Assembly: GCA_047495785.1 (NCBI GenBank) | Contig: JBLDXI010000050.1 | Location: 186,001-250,000, forward strand | Direction of reading: 5' to 3' | Origin: Lepidodermella squamata | Taxonomy: Eukaryota > Animalia > Gastrotricha | Length of the DNA stretch: 64,000 bases | Shown here: piece after piece, positions 12,908-23,938 of the stretch | Numbering within the stretch: position 1 is the first letter of the stretch | How the letters are laid out: each line of letters opens with the position of its first letter | The notes under the pieces: generated by a model | What the model was told of the DNA's origin: nothing | Database searches by the model: none | What the model saw: the letters and a program-made list of their open reading frames with translations, nothing else | Position numbers and translations under genes: made by a program

Positions 12908-13340
12908 AGAAATAGTTGGTGAGACGAAATGGCGTGGCTTGAAATCAATCGAATGCTACGGCGGAGACCTGAGAGTTGCGAGACGAAACAGTTGGCTTTG
13001 TTTGTCATTCAATCATTGTTGTTTGAACTTCTCGGCTTGCTTTGAAACTAGAAACATTTCAAGGGCATCGATTTTGCGTAAGATGTGAGAAGTAATTGTT
13101 TTATTTGTATCATTAATTGTAGATGCACTGACTGTTCTCCGTTTCGTCTATCCTAGTGTTTCTTAGCCAGGAAAGACATTCAGCCAGTGGTTATTCCAAG
13201 TTCTCTGACCATTTATGGTAGACATTAACGGATAATTCATCATAAAATATTACTGTGAGATCAATTCTTTCCAAGCATGTATTTACAAAGTTTATTCTTC
13301 AATTAACCATTATTTAACCATTTTCTTAAGACAGTTAAAG

Positions 13341-16223
13341 TCAGGCTTGTGTTATCAAGCTTATACATAGTACAGTTAAATCCATGGCTAAACCAACACC
13401 GGAATTCGCAGTTGATGAAGCTTTCTTATTGTCAGTTGGCTCAACTTTCGATGGCGGGGCAGTTTTTATCGATTTAGACCCTGATGTTGGGCCATCCATT
13501 CGCAATAAGCTAACCTGGCCCAATCGAGACACTGCCATCTGGTTGAAGAGCTGTACCGACTTATCTTTGATGACTTGCAGAGCAATAGTAACTTTCGCGG
13601 CGATTTCCTCCTCCGTCAGCTGTGTCAAGCTGCGAAGCGCCACAATGTAATCAGCAATAATACTGCCCTTCCTAAAGCCGATAATTCGAACGTCAGACGC
13701 TGAGCCTTTGAATTCAACAGCAGTCCGATTCATCAATTCAATGATGCCGGGCAGCATGTAGTTTGCCAAGGCTGTGAATGTCTCAGAATTTGGGTTATTC
13801 AACTCAGGGTCCCAAGGATCAGTTATTATGACACGTTGACGCCCAGGAATCGTTATATTTTCACCTTTAATACTGAAATTCATGACCAACTCGTATCGAA
13901 AAGGCAGGGAAGGAAATGGGTCCGGAGTCGTACGCGGACCTTCTGTTGTAACCGCGCACTTTGAATTCGTTGTGCTGTTGTAGACTTTGATCTGATTGAG
14001 GTAAAATGGCAGCATAGATGGTGATAAACTGAATGGCAAAGCAGCTAAAATGCCGAATCTTATTGGTTGCTGAATGCAATTGAAGTCGTTCAAAGTATGC
14101 TGCGAAGCAATCGCAGCTTTCTCACTGCTTTCGCAAGATATCGCGATGGAATTCCCGACTTTTTCTACCGATATTACGTCCACATCACATGGCAATACGC
14201 TCGAGTTTGAAATCAAGCTTTCAGAAAGCTGGGATGGTTGAACCGAGGCGTAAACTTCCAGCCGTCTCGAGGCAATATACAGCACGATCGATAATCCGAT
14301 GAAGTTAGTGCCGTCCACATTGATCGGGGTATTTTTGTAGTCTCCAACGTCGAGATTAGCTGTAGCCTTATCGGCGACAAAGTAGAAGCTCAGGGCGCCA
14401 CCTCTTGGTTGAACTGACACTTGGAAATCGACTCGCCAATCATTCGCAGCGTTGAGTGTCTGATTTCAAGATAAATTTGATGAAATAAAAAGTTTCAGAT
14501 AAACACTGCTCACTGATGACGACCAAACAGCTCCTCTTTGACCGACGTAGGCGAGCCGGGCAGTCATTCCGCTCTCGGTTATAGCTGCTGCGCCTCTCAG
14601 GTAGTGTAAGTCTGAAATTGATTGGATATGTTGAAATTTATCAAGGTTTATAGAACAAACGAAGATTTGCAATGTTGACAGACTTTATCGGGTCGTACTG
14701 CCACGATATCTCAGGGAATGGCCGTGTTGCAGCCAATGGAGATGATATAGCTTGATGAAAAAAATTGAAGCTTAACAAAATGAAAAAGCCTAATTACTTA
14801 TTTCTAATTTTTAAGAGATAAATTAAAAAAAATGTGTAGAAATTTTTTTATTAATTATAATTTGTTAGTCAAATTTGCATTCAGCTGAATAACTTATACT
14901 TACTTTTAATGCAATGCTTGTACAATATTTCGGCCGTATTCATCTCCATGTATGCTTTATCAAATAGCATTAAACAAGCAACGCGAGCATCTGGGCTTCC
15001 CACTTCATTGGGCGATCTTGGGAACAAAAACAGGAAATTTCAAATGTCCGAGATCAACAGAATCTGAACATCTTGTTACTGGGGTTAACTTGGAAAAAAT
15101 TAACAATTAACAAAAAAAGAAACCTTCTTCCGACGTAGAAAGTCGCAGGGTAATTTCTGTTGAAGGACCACGAAGAGCCGGTGGTAAAGTTGACAGTCGT
15201 TATCGTTCCGCCAACAACGTTTGCGACGCGCTGATTGGCGTTTTCGCACGCAAGCAGCAAGAATGTCCAAGCCTCAGGATCCACAAGGTCCACAGTGAAA
15301 CTGTCGCTAGAGCCATAAATAGCCAGTTTTTTACCACTGCTTGTATCATATCGTACAGCTACGGTTACTCCGTTAGAATTTCCAGCATTGTCGATAGTAA
15401 CCAGCCAACCAGCCTTTGAAACTTTGAACATGAAACCGAGAGTGAAAGACCGCGGTCCATCGTCGAGTTTATGTAAGGCTTCTAGGTAATCACCCTTATT
15501 GCCACTTAGTCTGAAACCAGTTTGAGTAGAATTTCCACTCGGTTTCTCAACCTCCAAAGTCCCCTGCATTTGAAACGACGGCGTCGTTGGAACTAGCGAT
15601 GCAAGATTTGCTTCGTTGGTGAGAGGCCAAAACGCCTTCAACGTAGATGGGCTAGTACTCAGAGGCTGGCCACACGTAAGCGTAAGAGCTCCGCCTGGGA
15701 ACCACTTCCCATTAAGGCAGCTAAGGTCCAAGTAGAATCCATTCGCGCAAATCGGCCGTAGAACTGTATTCGATGGTTTCATATCAGTCGTAGCGGGAAA
15801 CGGGTCATTCCAGATTCCTAATGCCGAGCTGTTGAGTAGTCCTATAGCGTTATTCGCATCTCCCCCTTTGCATGACGCAGCTGTTGTCCCTGCTATCCAT
15901 TGAATAGAATGGCGAGAGAACTATCAAAAAATAAACTAACCAAAGCTGTTACAGGTTTCAACAGGCATAGACCAAACGCCGTCACTCAGGCATTTGATGG
16001 TAATCGAGTTCTTTGTTGAGGTGCAGTTCAGCATCACCTCATTGCCAACTGAGAAAGTTCGATTTCTTGATGTATCAAAGGTGTCAAAATCAAATCGTAT
16101 TGCCATGCTATAGAATCCATTTAGATTACTATCGCTTGACGCGTTCCATTTACATAACTCGATCGGGGCTGTTTTGGAGGCAAGCGAAACGATTGTTAAC
16201 AAAAACAGTACAAGGCGATTCAT
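13341..16223 (-). CDS. Sushi-LamG-L-lectin-mucin-SEA GPI-type surface protein, copy 2 (six exons, apparently intact)
   Basis: Exons ~15941-16223, 15124-15892, 14904-15016, ~14661-14750, ~14515-14611 and 13341-~14459 splice in frame at GT-AG sites. Signal peptide, CCP-like C..C.xGxW..C modules, RLAYVGQRGAVW...DWRVDF lectin-like strand pattern, FRKGSIIADY and hydrophobic C-terminus. Confidence 0.78.
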
Positions 16224-16999
16224 GGTGAATTTCTCTCAGAACAGTGACAAACCCAAGCGCTTTGGTTAAACCTAATTGAAAATTCGAAAGGGGCGTTTTA
16301 ATCGCTTGTTTACACCTGCGCCCAATTAGAATCGCGAAAAACTCCCAGATAGTGATGGGAGTAGCATTCAATTTTAATTTTAATTTTATGTTTACATTGC
16401 TTATTTTAACAGTACCAACCAACGAAAGGATTCATCCCCCTCCAGACCATAAAGAGCAAAAATGGAGATTTACCTTTTTTGTCAGCTTTAAGAGGTTTGG
16501 GAGCGTGTTTTAGTGGGAAATCACATGTTTCTCGCTTCGCTCGAATTTGTGGTTGAAGCAGCGAGAAATGCCGGGAATCTTTTCCTAAAAGGGTTCATGT
16601 TATATCAGTAATGAGAAACAATCCATCCAGTTGTGACAGATAATTTCGTAAAATCAGTTCATGAAGCAGCCACTTTTGTTAAGAATCGGAGAAAATAACA
16701 TATTTAGTGTTTTTGTGATTTATTGCTTCCGGTGAAAAGTGGCTGCTCCTTTCTGCATTTTTAGCAATCGGTCAAATATCGAGATTGCTTGAATACCTGG
16801 TTGCAAAACCGATCGATTTAATTAAATCGGCTCAAAACTCCTATATATTAGCTCTGATCACAAACCGGAAGACATTGTTTGCTTTAAAAAAACGACGACT
16901 CCATATTAACTTCGGGTGGTTAGCGAAAAATCGATGCTCGGCTTTTATTTCAGCAAAACTGGCATTCAATTTGAAACAATCGCAAATTAAAAAATTGTG
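16224..16999. promoter_or_regulatory. Probable bidirectional promoter between head-to-head surface-protein gene and Cys-loop gene
   Basis: The two start codons diverge ~780 bp apart; the interval is preserved almost identically at 37231-38026. Confidence 0.45.
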
Positions 17000-18417
17000 A
17001 TGTTTGTAATAATCTTTCTGGTAGCACTTGTAGGCGCAGAGGAATCATCCTGGTTAGGCATGTTAGGCCGAGATGATTTTCTATCAACTTTCCCCGATAT
17101 TAAATCGCCTAATTTACCATCTGAGTATCGAATGCGATGCGGCGAAGAACTGCCGGTTGGCTTGACTTTGACTGCGTTCAGAATGCTTGAAGTCGATGAC
17201 CTACAAAAATCGTATGTTTGATTGGATCTTTCGTTATTATCGAGATTCTTATAAATTCACGCGAATAGAATGTCAATATCTGGAATAGTAAGGATTTCCT
17301 GGTATTACAACTGTGGCAAACCAGTCGATTGCTCGAGATTGGCGAATCCCTTGAGCCGAGATGCCTGTAACAAAAGCGCGGAACTCATCAATTTTTGGTT
17401 ACTTGCAGGCAAGCCTGATGAAGCGCCTATTTGGTACCCTCAGCTGATTCACTACAATGGATTGACCACCAGTCGAACTCTTGAAGAGTAAGTCAAGGCT
17501 AGTTTATTTGAGCAGCCTCAAGCCTTCTAGCCTTCGAGCTTTTAAGATATTAAACTAGCATTTGTCTCGAACTTGAATCCTGATTTTTCAGACTTGGTTC
17601 CGACATTGAGGTCTCGTTGTATCCCGATGGCCGTTTAAATGGTCGCTATGACAGTTTCGGAACGATTTCATCAATCTGCAACAACGCTTCATTCAGATCC
17701 TTCCCATTCGATGTATTCCGATGCACAATCAAATTCTGGTCTCGTGACACTGCGAATAAAGTCGCGTATAACATTAAGCAGTTCAAACTATACCCGGATT
17801 TCGTCGGCGATTCGGACATTTGGAGTCTGGACAGCCACAGCAGCTCACTGTCATCAGTAGGAAACAGTGGGAACCAGACGTTCAAGTATGTTCTATTCGA
17901 TATTTCGGTCAGGAGGAAGCCGGTTTACTACGTTGCGACAATCTTCCTACCGACCTATGGGCTATTCCTAACTCAAATCATGGCCATAGTCATCCCACCC
18001 GATTCACCAGAACGTGCAAATTTCAGCATGAATGTCGTGTTAGCGTACTCAGTAACCCTGGGCATGCTGTTCACAATGATACCGCAAACCTCTGAACTCG
18101 TCTATATCGTTCTGCTGATTTCGCTGAAATACGGAGCTGGTATTTTGTTGACGGTTTACATGCTGTTAGCTTGCGAATTGGCAAGAAAGCCATGGTATGC
18201 TGGGAAAATTCGCTGTTATTATATTGCAGTAGTCTTTCAATTTGAACTGAATAGTTTCCCGTATCTAGTGATCGCTGTAGCTGCAGGCCTGAAGTCGGTC
18301 TTTTCTCGCCGATGCTGTCTTGAATCTGGCGACTTCTCGCCCCAATTTTTGGCACGATTTTATTTTTATTCTATCAATAAGCTACAGCCAAATAACACAC
18401 TGTTTAGGACGACATAA
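17000..18417 (+). pseudogene. Cys-loop channel subunit LGIC-a, copy 1; native M4 removed by an inversion
   Basis: Exons 17000-17211, 17269-17487 and 17592-onward; Cys-loop CNNASFRSFPFDVFRC; M1-M3 present. After WYAGKIR (18214) the frame runs into inverted 3'-flank sequence, and the real M4 lies on the minus strand (ORF 18404-18652). Confidence 0.75.
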
Positions 18418-18643
18418 GTATAATCAGTGCAAAGTCTGGTACTAGAATGAATAGCAAAGTGAACACGGCAATAATACGGATTCTTGAAGTCATGAAACGG
18501 CCGAAGCGAATTTTCCCAGCATACCATGGCTTTCTTGCCAATTCGCAAGCTAACAGCATGTAAACCGTCAACAAAATACCAGCTCCGTATTTCAGCGAAA
18601 TCAGCAGAACGATATAGACGAGTTCAGAGGTTTGCGGTATCAT
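18076..18643. repeat. 139-bp inverted repeat (18076-18214 / 18505-18643) with 290-bp spacer
   Basis: Direct reverse-complement match of the M2-M3 coding segment. Confidence 0.92.
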
Positions 18644-19026
18644 GCCCAGCATGCTCGCGTTTGGTTACGCTACGTATGCGCTCTATTTTTACTGAGTAAG
18701 CAAATAAGACTAACACGTAACTGTTCATATACTTGCACATTCGTGATTTGTAGCTCATCCTGAATTGAAGCTTCCCGAAAACGATACATTGACTTGCAAG
18801 CCCCTCTGAAATAATAGCCCGGGCTACTACGTAACTTGATAAGATGCGTGATATATGGACCCTAATGCCAAGTCAACCATCATGGATCATGGGTGTGCAC
18901 GAAATAGTTACACGTTATACGAGTATGTTATACGTAGGTTATGGTTTAAAGTCAGACGCGCCCGCGTGCTTGACAAAGTCACGGAGTTCCCCGTCAACTG
19001 TCAAAGGCCGCAGGCCGACAGTGGTA

Positions 19027-19250
19027 ATGTTCAGTTCTTATTTGACCAAAAATTTCAAAAAAACATAAAAAAAACAATCATAAACGCTTGTGATGCTGGT
19101 GGTAATCCTTCTTGTAGCACTTGTTGACGCCCAAGAGTCTCGGATCGGCGCGATCAGAAATGATTTTCTGGCCACTTTAACCGATATCAAATCGCCCAAC
19201 CTTCCATCCGAGGTTGCTGAGGTGGAAGTTTCATTGAATCGGGATGGTAG
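19027..19250 (+). pseudogene. Fragment of LGIC-b (exon 1 fused to the start of exon 3)
   Basis: Matches ~41570-41752, then jumps to sequence matching ~42468-42504 (TGCTGAGGTGGAAGTTTCATTGAATCGGGATGGTAG). Confidence 0.8.
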
Positions 19251-19618
19251 AATTTAAGGAATCCTTGACGGTGAGGAGGGCCCTTGAAAATACCCTCGGG
19301 CTTCGCTCCGCTACGCCCTCGGGCATTTTCAGCAAGCCGAAATCGAGTTTTTGCCCGAAACACAAGTTTAGGATTCCTGTTCCCACATGGTTGGTTATAT
19401 TCCGAAGAAAACCCAATTTTCCGCTCGAAATCTGGATAAAATGTCTAACCACTCATACCACGGTGTCTGATTTAATTAGTTTTGTTGCAATAAAAAAATC
19501 AACCTTAAAAAACGTTTAGCAAATTATTTTTGTTTCATTCCTTATTGAATCGAACTATTTTGGGACCGAATTCTTTTCGGATTGAAATCACGCTCGGCAT
19601 CGGCGATTTAATCCTCGT

Positions 19619-19638
19619 CATAGAGAACGTTCTCTATG
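19619..19638. mobile_element. 20-bp palindromic transposon remnant with perfect 8-bp target-site duplication (P-element-like)
   Basis: ATCCTCGT-CATAGAGAACGTTCTCTATG-ATCCTCGT. Confidence 0.7.
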
Positions 19639-20016
19639 ATCCTCGTAAACGCAGTCGATTCTAACCAAATGCAGTTCGCTGGCAGCAACACTAATCAGCT
19701 CATAAAAACCGCAATGCTCAAGAGATTAGGCTATTATTCGAAAGCCCGAATTTCCTCTTGGCCAATCCGACTCCGGCGATCAACCCTGCGGCGATGATGG
19801 CGATGACGGCGATTAATTTGAAGGCCTTGCTGAATAAATGCAACGAAACATCGAAGAATATGCGTCTAAATGATGTCAATTTTTTGTTACATTTTTAACA
19901 ATGAAACGCCTACAACTCACCTTGCTATTTAGCGCTTCTCGCGATTTATCAATTCCGCATCATATTCACTTTTCATAAGTCTAATATGATTGATATGCGT
20001 GCGAACTATATTGATA

Positions 20017-20218
20017 CAGTGCTCCCTCGTTAAAGGCACCCTTTTTATAAGACCGTTTCTTTATCGAGGGCTGTTTACGATCGGAAGAGGATTAGCGCCC
20101 CACATGGTGCCAATTTTTTGCTTTTTCGTAATAAATGTACGGCACCCTTGTTAAAAGCACCCCTTGTTTGAAGAACGGGTCTGGCTCCCGACCCAGTGCT
20201 TTTATCGAGGGAGCACTG
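20017..20218. mobile_element. Tc1/pogo-type MITE
   Basis: TIR CAGTGCTCCCTCG...CGAGGGAGCACTG flanked by TA; a related copy lies at 58739-58927. Confidence 0.85.
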
Positions 20219-20527
20219 TATCCTACTTCTCCATATAACTGTTTCCTGGTTATGGGTTACTGGTTTTGGGAAAACAAATTAGATATTCGGAATCAGCGCA
20301 AAAATTGGGGTGCATGTTTGCGCACGGTTATCGTGAAAAATGGAGAAGAAATGGGAATGTAAAGAAATTAACTTGTGCGAGCGTAAGAAAGCGCGCGTGC
20401 ACGTATCAGCTACACACGGCTTCCCCGCTCATGCGCGTGGGACTGCTTGGTCCACGAGAGTCTTCTCATCAAGCAGACGAAGATCGCAGTGAGCCTCAAC
20501 GTGCAGTCTGACTCAATTAAATTAAAG

Positions 20528-21050
20528 CTATTTTGACAGTTTACATCCTGATGCCTTGTTGGGCTTTCGTTCTTTACTGCATTCATTCTTGTTGTGTTTT
20601 CTTTTGCTGTAGCCTGAAGATGGTCCGCGCAAGGACCGAAACGTCGACAACAGGTAATTCAAGACCTCGAGAAATCTAGTTTTCTGAAAGAACAGGCCCC
20701 ATGCAGCTCTCAGCGGCAGTGAATAGCCACGAGTCCACGGTGATTTTCGCGCCAGCTTCAATTAAAAGCCGGGCAATCTCAACACTAGTAACTATCAGAC
20801 GCAGCTCTTTGTAAAAAAGGTGTCGCCATCCCGCCGAGAAACAGCGCTGATGTGCGCGCCATTTTCGATCAAAACGCGAAGGGTGGCGACGTCCAAGTCC
20901 ATACCCATCAAGGGGATAGTGAGAGGTTCTTCCCCGCATAAGACATTGATGTTAGCGCATTTTGCTATTAGCAATAGCTTCGCTAGCTTACTTCGCTCAC
21001 ATTGGGATTCTCAGGGCAATAACAAATAGCTCGTTCGTTGCGTTTTGTCA
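20528..21050 (-). pseudogene. Degenerate ankyrin-repeat gene fragment
   Basis: Ankyrin-like segments in shifting frames: LAKLLLIAKCANINV, LRVLIENGAHISAV and VEIARLLIEAGAKI. Confidence 0.55.
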
Positions 21051-22251
21051 CGGCATCAGCTGGTAGATTTAGCGATAGGATGTACAATGCGGCCTCGATA
21101 AATGCAAAGGGTCGGGAGACAGGCGTTTGCATTTACGGAATGCTGCAGTTAGAGAGGGCTGTTAAAGAGCTAGCGATGAATCACAAGTGCGAAGTTTTTT
21201 CTTAGTTGCTAAGGCGACGATGATTTAAGGGGGAAAACTTTGTTCATCCGACCAATGTCTTATTTCATTCGACAACCAAAAATGTGACAGAAACCAGCCG
21301 ACTTGTTTTTTGATATTTTCAAAAAATTACATTAAAAAATGGACTACTTCATTGATTTCAATGGGCAGGGTGCGATCTTCGATGCCCGCGTGCGCACGAT
21401 ATAATTTGTCATTCGCAATCTCAATGAGCTTAAATAAAAAACGACGGTCTGTAAAGATCTAGAGGTTGGGTGTTCGGTGAGATAACACCGCGCGACCGGC
21501 AAATTAAAAAGCTATAAATCCGCTGCAGCGCTGTAATGTTGTTGCTAATGACGCCTGTTTTCACCGTAAATAAAAATTGTCAAACTAAAATTGTTATTTT
21601 AATGAAAATAATTTTTCAACAAATAAAACGAACGGAAGACAAAATCGCTTGGAAATACGGAGGTTTTCCAAGATTCATCACTAATTTTTTACTCTCATTA
21701 TCAATCTACTATTTTAGGTCTTTTACCTTTTAAATCGACTCGATGAAGGAGATTGCAAATTTGGCGCAAATAACACGCTGGCACGTGCGAAATTTTTTTT
21801 CAAAGATTTTGGCGGCGCGTGCCTCTTTTCTTCAATTAACATGACTTTTTATGAGCACTATAGATAACAAAATACTGGAGATATGACACTCACGATCTAG
21901 CCCTGTTATCTGAAAATAAAATCACGCGACCTTTGGACCCTATACAATGCGATTGCATTGCGAAAACTTCGACCAGAAGAAGCCAGAGTAGAATGTGCGT
22001 GTGCGTTAGTTCATTCCAACACTAAACAAACAAAAAACGTTTTATCTTGCTGTTACAAGTTCTTTACAAGTAATTGCAAGTTATCTTATGTCTTATCATT
22101 TATAATCCCGCTGTGAATTTAGAAACCTTAGCTGGGAACATAAAATCCCGCAAAGCTTACTGTTTCGCCTCTCCTTTCTTTTACCCTCGGTCACTCAAGT
22201 GATAAAAACTTCCTTTTTGTTTTCGTTTTCGTCTTGATCTGTACAACGATC

Positions 22252-23553
22252 ATGGGAACGACCTTTTCCTTTATGGAGGCGGAGAAAAAAACATGGACAG
22301 AACACACCTTATACTACGATCACGGCGTTCGGAGAACTAATTTGGCTCTGCTCTCCCACTTCAAGGATGGGGAGAGAATTTATTTGACCTATAACGAAAG
22401 CAGTTGGGGCGGTCTTCAATACCAGCACTGGTTCATAACAAATGGAGAATGCTTTTTTGAATTCGGTGGTCAGAACTTGGATATTTATCACGCAAGAGTA
22501 GCAATCAACACTAATCGTCGCTCAGGATTTCCAACCACCACCTCAAAGGTCATGGATGATGAAATGCGGCAAAGGATGAAATTAGTGTTAGGTATGAGTA
22601 ATTACTCCTTATGCTTGCGAAACTGCGAGCACGTCGCTAACTTCGTGTTCCGTGGGAGCTGGACTAGCATGCAACTAATTGATTCGGGATATTTGATTTC
22701 CTTCTTTCGCGACGTGTTGCTGTCAGAAAAAGCAATTACACTTGTTAACAGCTTTCCTTCGTCTATCAAACCCCATGTTTTTGATAGTGAAAGTAACAAA
22801 GCATATAGCTTCATTACTGATTCACTTAAAGCTACGCAATTCAGTTATTATCTTGACTTCAATGAGGAAACATATAACATCTTGGTTATTGGTCCCACAG
22901 GAAGCGGTAAATCCCGCGTGATAAATGTCCTTTTCAACCAGGAGATTTGCCAAAGTGACACTAGACACAAAAGTGTAACTCGAGACTGTTATTTTATACG
23001 TGGAGAAGGAACAGTTTTCAACAGAATCAAAGGAAGAAAGGAGATGACGCCTATTGTTGTAGCTGATACGATCGGGCTTTGCGATACCGAATGGAGTGAC
23101 GAAGCCACAGTAAGCAAGATACGCAGTCGTGTGGATTCAAACTGGCGGTATCTCGACGCAGTAATGATTGTTTACAGGGCTGGGCGACTGGAAAAACCGC
23201 ATGTGAAAAGCTTGAAAGCTATTCTTGATTGGCTTGGCTACCATGAAGGGAACAATCATTTGAGATTTCTTTTTGTCGGGACCCACGGTGAACATCTTAC
23301 GGAAGAAAAGCAATCGGAATTGCGGAAAGAAGCTATAGAAATGTTGGGTTTGCGTAGAACTATGAGACAACTGAAAAGTATCGGCCAGTTAGAATCATTG
23401 GTGTATGTTGGGTTTCCACCGGAGGATTCACTTAATGAAAAAGGCATCGCGAAAGTAAAAGAGAGTTGGGAATGGTTGCGGCAAATAGTCTTACGGAATT
23501 GGAACGCGGAACGTTTGGACATTTCTGGATCAAGAGGATGCAACATTCTTTAA
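22252..23553 (+). CDS. LRAT/H-rev107 (permuted NlpC/P60) domain fused to AIG1/GIMAP-like GTPase; N-myristoylation and C-terminal CaaX motifs
   Basis: First ATG at 22252 (MGTTFS); YQHW...NYSLCLRNCEHVANF; GPTGSGKS (G1), SVT (G2), DTIG (G3), THGE (G4-like); ends in CNIL; intronless. Confidence 0.85.
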   Translation: MGTTFSFMEAEKKTWTEHTLYYDHGVRRTNLALLSHFKDGERIYLTYNESSWGGLQYQHWFITNGECFFEFGGQNLDIYHARVAINTNRRSGFPTTTSKVMDDEMRQRMKLVLGMSNYSLCLRNCEHVANFVFRGSWTSMQLIDSGYLISFFRDVLLSEKAITLVNSFPSSIKPHVFDSESNKAYSFITDSLKATQFSYYLDFNEETYNILVIGPTGSGKSRVINVLFNQEICQSDTRHKSVTRDCYFIRGEGTVFNRIKGRKEMTPIVVADTIGLCDTEWSDEATVSKIRSRVDSNWRYLDAVMIVYRAGRLEKPHVKSLKAILDWLGYHEGNNHLRFLFVGTHGEHLTEEKQSELRKEAIEMLGLRRTMRQLKSIGQLESLVYVGFPPEDSLNEKGIAKVKESWEWLRQIVLRNWNAERLDISGSRGCNIL

Positions 23554-23784
23554 GAATCCATACATAATGCTAAAAGCTGAAAATACCTACAACATAAACT
23601 AAAATTGTTCCTTCGAAGCTATATTGCTATATAGATTGCTTACATACACTACATATACATTATAGCACATTTCCAGGTCCGCCGAAGTTTCCTCCAAGCG
23701 CGAATCCTGATCGGTCCGCCAGTATTCAGAACCGATTGAATATTTGGTCGGATTCGATGAATTTTATTTTTGTATCAGAACCGC

Positions 23785-23938
23785 CAGTGTGCGAAGTACA
23801 GGAGTGCTGGGGTGTCGCGACACCCCAGCTTCGGGACTCCAAACAGAGGAAGGCTGAAAAAACCACGGGGGATCCCGTTGGTTTCTTCGGCTGGGAACTA
23901 GAAAACACCTCAGCTCGCGGATCGTTTTTCGCACACTG
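23785..23938. mobile_element. hAT-like MITE
   Basis: TIR CAGTGTGCGAA...TTCGCACACTG with 8-bp TSD AGAACCGC/AGTACCGC. Confidence 0.85.
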
